A stretch of DNA of 64,000 nt from Heptranchias perlo (taxonomy: Eukaryota), in assembly GCF_035084215.1 (NCBI RefSeq), contig NC_090340.1, positions 14,942,001 through 15,006,000 on the forward strand, written 5' to 3'. How positions within the stretch are numbered: the first letter of the stretch is position 1; each line of letters starts with the position of its first letter. A program made the translations under genes and the position numbers. Positions 51,420-62,375 of this stretch are shown here, piece after piece. The notes under the pieces are model-generated. The model was given only the letters and a program-made list of their open reading frames with translations, was not told where the DNA came from and ran no database searches.

Positions 51420-52320
51420 GAAAAAAGATAGGTGAGAAAGTAAACTGTCAGGAGGATGCAAAGAGTCTACAAAGGAACATGGACACCTAAGGTGAGTGGG
51501 CAAGTAAGTGGCAGTTGGAGTATAATTTGGGAAAATGTGAGGTTATTCACTTTGATAGGAAAAATAGAAAAATTGAATATTTTTCAACGGTGAGAAAGGA
51601 TTAAATGTTGGTGCTCAGAGAGATTTGGGTGTCCTTGTACACGAAACACAAAAAAAAGTTAACATGCAGGCACAGCAAGCAATTTGGAAAGGAAGTGGTA
51701 TGTTTTGCCTATCTTTTCTAAAAGTCAAGTACCCTGGAATATTTAGTTCCCAACCTTGGTCACCCTGCAACCACGTCTCAGTAATGGCTACTCGATCAAA
51801 CCCATTGATCTCTATTTGTGCCATTAATTCATCTAGCTTGTTATGAATGCTTTATGCATTCAGATGCGGCACCTTTAAGTTAAACATTTTAATTTTCCCG
51901 CTGATGTCAATAATATCTTATTATCTTTGTTAAACTCTCTGTCCCTTCCTGACGCACTCTGCTTGTTTGTACTCAAATCGCTACTCTGCTCGACAGCCTT
52001 GACTTTTCTTTCTGGACTTATAACATTAAAATTACCCTTACCTGACCCCCACCACCCTTTATACGTTTATAGCCCTATCTACCACCCTATTTATTCAATT
52101 CGCTCGGGCACTGGTCCCAGCACAGTTTAAGTGGAACCTGTTCCAACGGAACAGCTCCCTTCTTCCCCAGTACTGGGGGCAGTGCCCAATGAATTGAAAA
52201 CCCTACTTCACACACCACTCTTTCAGCCACGTATTTAACCCTCTAATCTGTGTGTCCCTATGCCAATTTACTGATGGCTCAGGTAGTAATCCTGAGATTA
52301 TTATCTTTGAGGTTCTGCGC
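51420..52320. mobile_element. CR1 fragments: RT piece (+, 51420-51690) and endonuclease N-terminus/ORF1 piece (-, 51700-52320)
   Basis: VAITETWL and IIISGLLPEP...LNTWLKEWC on the minus strand. Confidence 0.8.
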
Positions 52321-52369
52321 CCAGATTCGGGGGTTATCGAATATAACTCCCGTAGTTTCTTACAGCAGA

Positions 52370-53220
52370 TGTCATGTTTAAGCTGTGAGATCTGTCCGAT
52401 ACCTACTAATGCCCTATTTTTATTGTCGATAATGTGTAGATTACTCGTCACTGTCTATCTGTATGTATCAACCGTGGAAAAACTAGGCGCGTCATCTTTC
52501 CCCAGTGTTCAATCATTGAATTCTTATTGGAATATGTAGCGCAGATATTTATCAGAAATGATGTAATGGGTCTGTTTGAAAATTGCGATTAAAGTTGAAT
52601 AATTTAAAGGATTGGGCTCAATAATAACACAAGGTATACCACAGGTGTAATTGAACAGAGGCCTTAGCCATGAGTGATATTGGTGAGGTTTGCGTAGATG
52701 ACGTGTGTAACATTAAAAAGACAGGTTAATGGCTTTCTAATGGTGCTGCTACAATAAAATAGTTCGAAGATAAATCTAAATGATGTTTGGTATCTCCCAA
52801 TGCTACTCAGTAATCAGATTTTGTTCCATTCTCTGTTCCGCAACTGCACCAACCGCGCTGAAGATTCTCTCCAGGACATCTGTATCTCTGACTTGTGTGT
52901 GAAACGGCTGAGGTCTATCCGAGAAATTCCACCCTCCCTCGGTATGAAAATGGCGTAGTAACTGCGATAGGAATACAAAACATTCAATGGCAGATAACTG
53001 AAGTGCTGTATGACGTTTCCTGCTCTTTGGAAGAGACGCAGCCTGTGCCGAGCGGTGCCAGTTACACCTGTTTGGTATCTCACATGCCGCTCGAGACTCC
53101 ACCTGTGGTCATCTACACGGTTACCAATTCTAACACAGGTACGAGGCCAACAGTCCAAGAAGGAGAGCCAGCTACTGTTAAATTCTTAAACAGATATTTC
53201 ATAAAGTTCGCTCATATTAA
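52370..53220 (+). pseudogene. Pseudogene paralog of the receptor: distal V-C1 intron homolog and C1 exon (52844-53138)
   Basis: Colinear with 43220-44040. Acceptor mutated (ttccgcaa), 2-nt deletion before the first Cys, W->R in the C strand. LEETQPVPSGASYTCLVSH and the donor are retained. Confidence 0.9.
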
Positions 53221-54297
53221 TAATAAGACCATAAGGCCACAAGAGATTGGAGCAGGAGTAGGCCATTCGGTTCCTCAAGCCTGCTCCGCCATTTAATGAT
53301 ATCATGGCTGATCTGATTTTTACCTCAACTCCACTTTCCCGCCCTTTCCCCATATCCTTCGACTGCCTTGCTAATCAAAAATTTGTCTAACTCAGCATTG
53401 AATACATTCAATGACTCAGCCTCCACAACTTTTTGGGGTAAAGAATTTCAAAAATTCACGATCCTCTGGGAGAAGAAATTCCCCCTCATTTCCGTCTTAA
53501 ACAGGCGACTCCTTATTCTGAGACTATTCCCCCTAGTTTTAGATTCCCCCAAGAGGGGTAACATCCTTTCAGTATCTACCTATCGAGTCCCCTCAGAATC
53601 TTATATGTTTCAATAAGATCTCCTCTCATTCTTCTAAACTCCAAAGAGTACAGACCCAGCCTGTTCAATCTTTCCTCATCAGACAACCCTTCCATACCCA
53701 GAATCAACCTAGTGTACCTTCTCTGAATTGCCTCCAATGCAAGTATGTCCTTCCTAAAATAAGGGCACCAGGACTGTATGCAGTACTGCAGGTATGGTCT
53801 CACCAGCACCCTGTATAGTTGTAGCATGACATCCCTGCTTTTATGCTCCATCCCCCTAGAAATAAAGACCAATATTCCGTTTGCCTTCCAGATAACCTGC
53901 TGTACCTGTATGTTGACTTTTTGTTTTCATGTACGAGGACACCCAGATCCCTCTGTACCAAAGCATTTTGTGGTATTTCTGCATTCAAATAATATTTTGT
54001 TTTTTTAAATTTTCCTCCCATAGTCGATGACTTCACATTTTCGCACATTATATTCCATCTGCCAAATTTTCGACCATTCGCTTCACCTGTCAATATCCCT
54101 TTGCAAACAGTTTGTGTCCTCACCACAACTTGCTTTTCAACCTATCCTTGTATCATCAGCAAATTTGGCTACAAGGCACTCTGTTACTTCATCCAATCCA
54201 TTGATATATATCGTAAATAGTTAAGGCCCCAGCACTGATCCCTGCGGCACTCCAATAGTTACAGATTGTCATTTGAAAATGAACCTTTTATCCCGAC

Positions 54298-55043
54298 TGT
54301 TGGCCGGAGGTCACCGGTTACGGTTACTGGCTTAGTACACAGAGGAGAAGAGTCAATTTTCTCTTAATTCTCAATTCGCTTTATTAACGTTGTTAGATCA
54401 TGTACATACCACTTATACATCTGGTTAGATACAGGCATGCAGTTTACAGCAGGTTATACAGTTTTAAACTCAAACTAGGATTTAAACGCACACCCACTAG
54501 GTTTCTCTGACTAACATTCCCTGAGAGGTCACAGAATAGAAAGGATATTTTATTACCCGGAAAGGAGAGCTGACGCTGGCCAGGCATTCCGTTCTCTTTC
54601 TCTTGACGTAGTCTCTATGTACCTGGCGTAGTCTCTACATCCCTGACGTAGGTTCTCCCACTTTCGCGATGGTTAGTCTCCGGAGTCTCGCACACAAACT
54701 GGCACCAAGCCTGCAATTCTTCAGTCTTATTCCTAAGTCTGTCTTTTCGAATGATGCTGTCTTCTCCTGTTGGCTCAGATTTGCTGGAGTGGTCGGTGTC
54801 ATCCCCTGATTGGCTCTGTTCCAAGAGATTAGGTAGCATCACCTCATTACTCCTTTTCTAAACAAGGACTGGTGTCTCATCACAGCTCCTTTGTGCTTAG
54901 AATCGTAACTAATTCAAACCGGTTCCGGCCAGCTCAGACCAGTGACTGAACTTCAGGTCACTTCAGTTCAAAAGTTAGTCTCTTTGCCTGGGTGTCAGCA
55001 ATTCGAAATAAACTCAGTAGTTTTCTGCAGCCCCTGGCCAACA
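54298..55043 (-). repeat. 3' LTR (746 bp)
   Basis: Direct repeat of 62376-63122, roughly 9 in 10 bases identical by eye. Confidence 0.95.
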
Positions 55044-55057
55044 TCTCCCCCCTTTTG
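55044..55057 (-). other. Polypurine tract
   Basis: A purine-only run (AAAAGG...GGAGA) on the minus strand abuts the 3' LTR. Confidence 0.85.
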
Positions 55058-55304
55058 ATCCAAATATGCTTATCTTAGGATCATTACTCTCCCTTTCTGT
55101 GTACCACTCCTGAGGTTGTCATTGTCTCCCAATGGGCACGTTACATCTGCGATAGTATATGTTCATAGAAAAAATATAAAAGGTTATTGGAAAAATATAA
55201 ATGGTTATAGAAAAAATATTTAAAAAACATATAAAATACACTTCACACAGTGTCCTTATATTGATAATCGCTTCATCTGTTTCATTATAGCACCAACACT
55301 CAAT

Positions 55305-57518
55305 TATTGCAAAATTTCATTTTTCCACGTTCTAAGCTGATATACATTGAATATTTTATTTATTCGTTCACGGGATGTGGGCGTCGCCGGCGAGGCCAGC
55401 ATTTATTGCCCATCCCTAATTGCCCTTGAGAAGCTGGTGGTGAGCCGCCTTCTTGAACCGCTGCAGTCCGTGTGGTGACGGTTCTCCCCCAGTGCTGTTC
55501 GGAAGGGAGTTCCAGAATTTTGACCCAGCGACAATGAAGGAACAGCGATATATTTCCAAGTCGGGATGGTGTGTGACTTGGAGGGGAACGTGCAGGTGGT
55601 GTTGTTCCCATGTGCCTGCTGCTCTTTTCCTTCTAGATGATAGAGGTCGCGGGTTTGGCAGGTGCTGTCGAAGAAGCCTTGGCGAGTTGCTGCAGTGCAT
55701 TCTGTGGATGGTACACACTGTAGCCACAGTTCGCCGGTGGTGAAAGGAGTGAATGTTTAGGGTGGTGGATGGGGTGCCAATCAAGCGGGCTGCTTTATCT
55801 TGGATGGTGTCGAGCTTCTTGAGTGTTGTTGGAGCTACACTCATCCAAGCAAGTGGAGAGTGTTCCATCACACTCCTGACTTGTGCCTTGGAGATGGTTG
55901 AAAGGCTTTGGGGAGTCAGGAGGTGAGTCACTCGCCGCAGAATACCCAGCCTCTGACCTGCTGTCGTTGCCACAGTATTTATATGGCTGGTCCAGTTAAG
56001 TTTCTGGTCAATGGTGACCCCCAGGATGTTGATGGTGCGGGATTCGGCGATGGTAATGCCGTTGAATGTCAAGGGGAGGTGGTTAGACTCTCTCTTGTTG
56101 GAGATAGTCATTGCCTGGCACTTATCTGGCGCGAATGTTACTTGCCACTTATTAGCCCAAGCCTGGATGTTGTCCAGGTCTTGCTGCATGCGGGCTCGGA
56201 CTGCTTCATTATTTGAGGGGTTGCGAATGGAACTGAACAATGTGCAGTCATCAGCGAACATTTCCATTTCTGACCTTGTGATGGAGGGAAGGTCATTGAT
56301 GAAGCAGCTGAAGATGGTTGGGCCTCGGACACTGCCCTGACGAACTCAATGTCCTCAATGTCCCAGCAGTGTCCTGGGGCTGAGATGATTGGCCTCCAAC
56401 AACCACTACCATCTTCCTTTGTGCTAGGTATGACTCCAGCCATTGGAGAGTTTTCCCCCTGATTCCCATTGACTTCAATTTTACTTGGGCTCCTTGGTGC
56501 CACACACAGTCAAACGCTGCCTTGATGTCAAGGGCAGTCACTCTCACCTCACCTCTGGAATTCAGCTCTTTCGTCCATGTTTGGACCATGTTTGGACCAT
56601 TGAATATGACAAGTGTTAACGCACATAAAATCGCAACTGCAGCAGCATGTGATAAAATCCTGACCCATGGATGTATTTGAACATTAGATTCCCAATGCCA
56701 AAACTTATCCCAGAACCCGGGGTCCCGTAGCAGTTCATCTGCTTTATCAGCATGAGTTTTAATTATTTTAGTTTGTTTCGTCCATTGATGAATTATCTCT
56801 TTGGCTTCCTCCGCTATTTGCGTCCAATCTGCAGTCAGGTGTGGAATGGGTGGTAGTTCGGGAGGAACATATTTCCGCAGATCTTGGTCTATATCTTTAC
56901 GTTGGACTGTGAGGTTTTCGTTTATTACCATCCTCTTTATTGGCTTAGGCAGAACTTGTCCACCGACAACCAGGTCTGCGGTCACATTGTGTCCTTCCAG
57001 AGGGCACTGTTTCCATCCTTTATTATAGTTCATAGCCGCTGTGGCTATGTAATACGTTTGTCCCACAAGGGAGTATTGTCACTACCCCAGTCAATATTTA
57101 CATCGGTGTGGTCCCAGTGGACCACAATTTTACCTCGACCGTCGCTCCCCGATTGTCGCTCCATAAATGGACCCACAAATTGATTGATGAATTTTCCCTC
57201 TGGGATTACCGACTATGTCACCTCTAGAACTATGTTACATGAAAACTGTACTGCCACTCCCTCCGGTATACCCAAAGTCTTTCCCACGCACGCTAACCCA
57301 TCCACTCCCGTATAATACAAATTTAAATCCTCTCTTTTCCCTTTGTTGTTTCGGACTGTCTTATTCTGCAGAGTAAAGTTGTCCCTGGTCTCGGGATATC
57401 CCTCCTTCATCGACACTGCTTCAGGCACGTTCATTCGGCGTGACGGCTCTGAGGCAGTTTCAACCGCAGTTCTGATGATGGTCAATCCGATAGCAACAAA
57501 ATGCATTATCCCCTTCAT
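55305..57518 (-). pseudogene. env: env-like glycoprotein gene, internally deleted and LINE-interrupted
   Basis: Splice acceptor ttgtttattacag| at 57531 just before the ATG (57518). Signal-like MKGIMHFVAIGLTII, heptad-like segment, Trp-rich FWDKFWHW, TM ILSHAAAVAILCALTLVIF, and tail NVYQLRTWKNEILQ after the LINE. Confidence 0.7.
55355..56597 (-). mobile_element. 5'-truncated LINE (family of 6288-8502) inserted at the end of the env TM segment
   Basis: 10-bp TSD CATTGAATAT (55345-55354 and 56598-56607) and an FADD-containing ORF at 55416-56267. Confidence 0.92.
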
Positions 57519-57579
57519 TCTAGGCTGGACCTGTAATAAACAAGTGTAATTTCTGCTCTTATTTACTGTTTCTTTTAAG

Positions 57580-60295
57580 TACTATCATAAGTCCAGTCTC
57601 TCCATATACTGAGCCAGACCGTCCATATCCTGTTCCCAATTTGTTTCAGATTCTGACCGTCCATTTCTTCTAATCCACTTATTCCCTCTTTTTGTTTTAT
57701 GTTCCTTTCGTTTTTTTCCTGGATTCGCTTCTGCATGGGAACGGACAGTATCAAATTTGTTTTCAATCACCTCCTCATCGGCCTGTAGCTGGTCCTGTTC
57801 TTGATCTCCCTGACCTTCAGAATTAGGTTTTTTAATTCTCCGTCTTTCTTTTGCTCCTCCGTTAAATCCATTTCTTTGACCTGCTTCTCTTTCTGGCCCC
57901 CGATTTCCCCAACCGGTGGCTGCCATTCCTGTCCACGTACAGCACCTCGTTTGGCTAGTTCATCAGCTTTACTGTTCCCTTTGGGGGAGAGTTTTGAATG
58001 AGCTTTCACTTTTGTGACCCCATATCCTTACCCCTGTGCTTCTTCAAAGATGTACCGTAATAGCGGGGCTGATGGAAGGGGCCTTCCATCCACTGAGACA
58101 AATCCCCTCACTTCCCATCGGGGCAAATGTTCTGTGAGGCTATTACAAACATACATGCTATCAGAATATATGACTGATCTGGGCGGAAAATTTCCGGGTG
58201 ACCAACCACATATGCGACGGCTGCTAGTTCTGCTATCTGCGCACTCATCGTGTTAGGTAATTTCAGAGCCGCACTAAAGCTTTCCTGTCCGTGGTCATAC
58301 TCCATGTGTTTCCCACAGCCAGTTCTCCTTTCCCCATCCTGTACTGATGAAGAGCCATCCTCAAAAATGTAAAAATAGGGTTCTTCCTTTCCTGTTTCCT
58401 TTGTCTTTCTGCTTTCAGGCCCCGTCTTACCCCCACCCTTTTGTTTTGATACAAATGGGCCCTTGGGCTCATTTGCTATCATTAATTGACACTCATGTTT
58501 TTCTCCCTGATAAACTAAGTTGTCTGCTGACATAGTAGTGGTTTTTACCCCCTTTACAGTTATATTTCTCCCTTGCAGCAACAATGTCCATCTAGCGATT
58601 CTATTTTGGCTAACTGAACCATCCTTAATCCTTCCATCTAACAGTAGCTGTACTGGGGTGTGTTCTGTTAATACTGTAAGTGGGTTTAGTCCCACTATAT
58701 AGGTAAAATGCTGCACTGCCCAAAAGACAGCTAGCAAGTGCCTTTCGCATAATGTATACCCCTGCTCTACTGGTGAGAGCATACGTGAGGCGTACGCTAC
58801 TGGTCGTAATTTTCCGTGTGTCTCCTGTAATAGAACTGCCGAGAGGGTGGTGTCTGTGGTAGCCACCTCCAATGAAAATGGCTCCGTTGGATTTGGGGGT
58901 TTTAGAGCAGGCGCAGCAGCTTGTACTTGCTTTAGATCAGTCATGGCCTGGGTGTGTTTTGTTTTCCACTCCCAGGCCACATTCTTTTTTAATAATTCCA
59001 TCAGCGGGCCGCCTTTGTGGCAAATCCATCAATATGGTCCCTGCAATATCCCACCAACCCCAAGAAGGGCCTTAACCCTTTAACATCCCGCGGCACAGGG
59101 ATTCTGCCAACCGTCTCTACCCTTCGCTTTTCAATGTCCCTTTGTTCCGGCGTCCGAATCATTCCCATGTAAGTAACTTTTTGTTTCATGGTCTTCGCTT
59201 CTTTAGGGTTAATCTTTAATCCCAAGTCATGTAACTACTGCAGTAATTGACTTAGCAGTTGATAATGTTTCTTCTTGGTTTCAGTTTGTAGGAGGCCTCG
59301 AGAATCCTTTTAACCCTTCCCTCAGCCATTGGTGAAATATGGACGGGGAATTGTGAAACCCCTGCGGCAGGGCAGTCCATGTACATTGCTGTCCTTGGAA
59401 AGTAAATGAGAATTTATATTGACATTCCTTCTCCAGTGGAATAGTCCAAAAACCGTTACTTATGTCCAAAACCGTAAACCACTGTGCATCCTCATTTTGT
59501 CGAACTACTGTCTCTGGGCTAGTTGCTACAGTAGGAGCTGTTAGCTGGTGACTTTATTTAATTCTCTGTAGTCTATCGTTAGTCGCCAGCTACCGTCGGG
59601 TTTCCTCACTGGCAAAATAGGTGAGTTATTAGTAGAAGCTATTGGTCTTAATATCCCTTGCTGCAGCAGACTCTGTATCACCTTCTCTATCTCTTCTTCT
59701 GCTTGCTTTGGGAAACCATACTGCTTCTGTGGTTTGGGGTCTGGACCTTGTACACACACTCCCGGTCATTTTCCCACAATCATGTTTATGTCGGGCAATT
59801 ACTATTGAGTTTTGTACAATAATTTGTTGTACTTCACGATAGTTACTCATTTCTCCTGGTTCTATCCACATTTCCCCGATCGCGCATATACTATCCTGAT
59901 ATTCCCCCATCGGGACGAATGTGTGATTCATACTGCCCATGCCCAAAGGCATTTGCCAAATCATACAATTAACAGGGTCGAAGCAAAATCCCGCTTTGGC
60001 CAAAAAGCCACTCCCTAATATATGTTCTTGTTCTCTAGGTAATTTAATAAGGACCACTGAATGCTCTATTACTATGTCTCCCACTCACTTGTGAATGCCC
60101 TGTGAATCCGCTTCGAATAATTTTGTTTTGAATTTTCCAATCTTTGTCATTGATCTGAGTGGTGTTAACGGTGGTTCGGGATCCCCCTGTGTCCCAAAGG
60201 AATGTAAGAGGGCGGCCTCCGACCCTACCATTCACTAGGGGTCTCCCCGTGTCATCCAACTGCAGGTCACACACCCATAACGGAGAGGGCTGAGA
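57580..60295 (-). pseudogene. pol: pro-pol remnant: protease, RT (YxDD deleted), degenerate RNase H/tether, second RNase H, integrase largely deleted
   Basis: FLWDTGGSRT; NSPILPVRKPDGSWRLTIDYRELN; FTFQGQQCTWTALPQGFHNSP; RPVAYASRMLS..CERHLLA; IFEDGSS..SAQIAELAAV..YSDS..KAHS..GNSKADELAK. Confidence 0.9.
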
Positions 60296-60298
60296 CCG

Positions 60299-62064
60299 TC
60301 ACTGCAGTTCGGGGTACAACCCGGAACTTGGTGATATTGCTATCGTATCACACTGAGGACTTGGTCTATTCAGCCCTTCCACGGGTAGGCTCTGATTTCT
60401 TCCCCGACCTGCATTCTCTCGTCTCGGGTTTGGGCAGTCTCTTGCGAAGTGTCCCTCTTGGCCACAGTTATAGCATTTGGACACCTCGCCTTGAGTTCTC
60501 CCCGTTCCCGAGGAGTTTCCTCTTCCTCTGCCTCTACCTCTTCCCACTGTCTGATAAGCTGGAGGGGGTCCCCCTGAGTAGGTCCCCTCCCTTCATTTCT
60601 CCAGGTTATCGTCTGATCTTTAACAGGCATTGCTCTGTCCCCGGATGCCTTGGATCGTTTTGGTATTTCCCTTTCCCATACTCTAACCATCTTCCTACTT
60701 ATCCAGGGTTCCGTATGTGTGTCATCAGCGGATTCAAACTGATCTAGTGCCCTCCTCGACTCCTCAGTGCCATGCGACACTAGTGTTCTCAGCCATCGGT
60801 TCCTAACCTCCTGCTGTAAATTGTTCCTGTCTAAGTATGTGCCATAGACCACCTGAAACACCGCCCAAATGCGGGCTGAAAATACAGTGGGGTGTTCACC
60901 TTTTCTTTGATAGCATTTCATTAGCGCCTCCACTGGATCCCCTCTGTTATCGCCCATGACAGATAATACCTGGTCCTTTAAGGCCTCATTCGTGCTTCTA
61001 CCAAGTTTTTGTTCCTCCGGGATGGCGGAGTGTATATGTGGGTGTAGGCACATTAGGATTAATTTTCTTTCCTCAGCATCGTCTAAGCCGTGTATCGCTC
61101 TCTGTTGCCTGACTGCTAGGAATAACTCCCTAGGATCATCCCCAGGCGCACACATTCCAATATCTTTTGCAATAACCCTCAGTTCTTGTACCCCAAGTGG
61201 GGTGGAATATGTCATATCCTGGCCATCTTCCCCCATCTGTGCTCTAGTGGTTACAAGGGGGGCCATTGGGGCAGACGGTTTTTTTGGCTCTGGAATATGC
61301 TGGCGGTGGGTCCCCTCGTGGAGGTTCCCCATCAGTGCTGCTGTATCTATCCGCCTCGTCTGCTAAATCGTCCCAATCTACATCCCCTTGACCACTTTCT
61401 TCACCTCTTCCGGGTGTGAAAGCGCACAATATGCTCCTCTGTGCGGCTAGCTGATCTTGCAGCCTCCCTATCAGTTTCTGAAACTTTGTGTGATCGCCGG
61501 TACTACTCCTCTTCTCCTGAGCTGATCTGTGAATCACATTCATGCAGTTTTTAAATCACTACATTGTTGTTTCCATCTCTCCACCTCAGCTTTAGCTGCT
61601 TGGGCTTCTCCCTCTCTCTTACTCTTTTCATTCGTCAATTTTTCGCACTGTAACTGATATTGGTTCATGTGCATCAAATCTGCACTTCTCTGTTCATGTA
61701 GATCAGTTACCTTCTTACTAAGGCGGTCTATCTCCTAACGGAATTTTTTATTCTCTTCCCCTAATCCGTCTCGGATTTTCTGTTGTTCCTCCCTCTCTCT
61801 CCTAGCCTGTTGTCGGCATTCTATCCATTCGTCAAGTAAACATCCGATTGCTACGGACTTCTGTATCTTTTAAAATTTCCTATCTGACATCTTTGTTTGC
61901 GCAATTCTCCAAAGGACCTCCCCAACAGGCGTTCCCTTGTCTCCAATGTGACCCGCATACTCCCCGTATTGCAGCCACTTCCCTATTACGTATTTTTGGA
62001 GGAGTCCCTTCCAGTCAAAACAGTCCAAGACCCCAGGGCTTGGAGATTTCCCTTTATTCGTCAT
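60299..62064 (-). pseudogene. gag: gag remnant with coiled-coil region and one CCHC knuckle
   Basis: CYNCGQEGHFARDC, capsid-like ORF 60370-61332, and an E/K/Q/R-rich helix at ~61430-61830. Frameshifts and stops are present. Confidence 0.85.
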
Positions 62065-62116
62065 CTTATGTTATTAGCTATGAATTAACCCAAACTCCTG
62101 TCCTCTGTGTACTTTG

Positions 62117-62375
62117 CCAATTCGGTTCGGCTCGAGTCTCCCGCTGACTCAACTGAGAGAATTATCCTCAGAGCCCCCTTGCCAAATTCGGTTCAACTCG
62201 AGTCTCCCGCTGACTCCACGGAGAGATTTATCCTCAGAGCCGACCCAAATTCGGTTCGACTCGAGTCTCCCGCTGACTCAATGGAGAGATTTATGCTCAT
62301 AGCCCACCCAAATTCGGTTTGACTCGAGTCTCCCGCTGACGCAACCGAGGGATTTATATCGAGTCTACCCAAATC
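62117..62375 (-). repeat. Four tandem 61-65-bp units at the primer-binding-site position
   Basis: Units start at 62117, 62182, 62245 and 62308, with a partial fifth at 62369. Invariant core ctcgagtctcccgctgac. Confidence 0.92.

Noticed and set aside
62117-62375. CRISPR-like repeat-spacer array
   Set aside because: The apparent spacers are homologous to each other, the context is a vertebrate provirus leader, and there are no cas genes.
62355-62375. Canonical tRNA PBS
   Set aside because: TGGGTAGACTCGATATAA did not match any vertebrate cytosolic tRNA 3' end I can recall. A real search is needed, so no tRNA was assigned.
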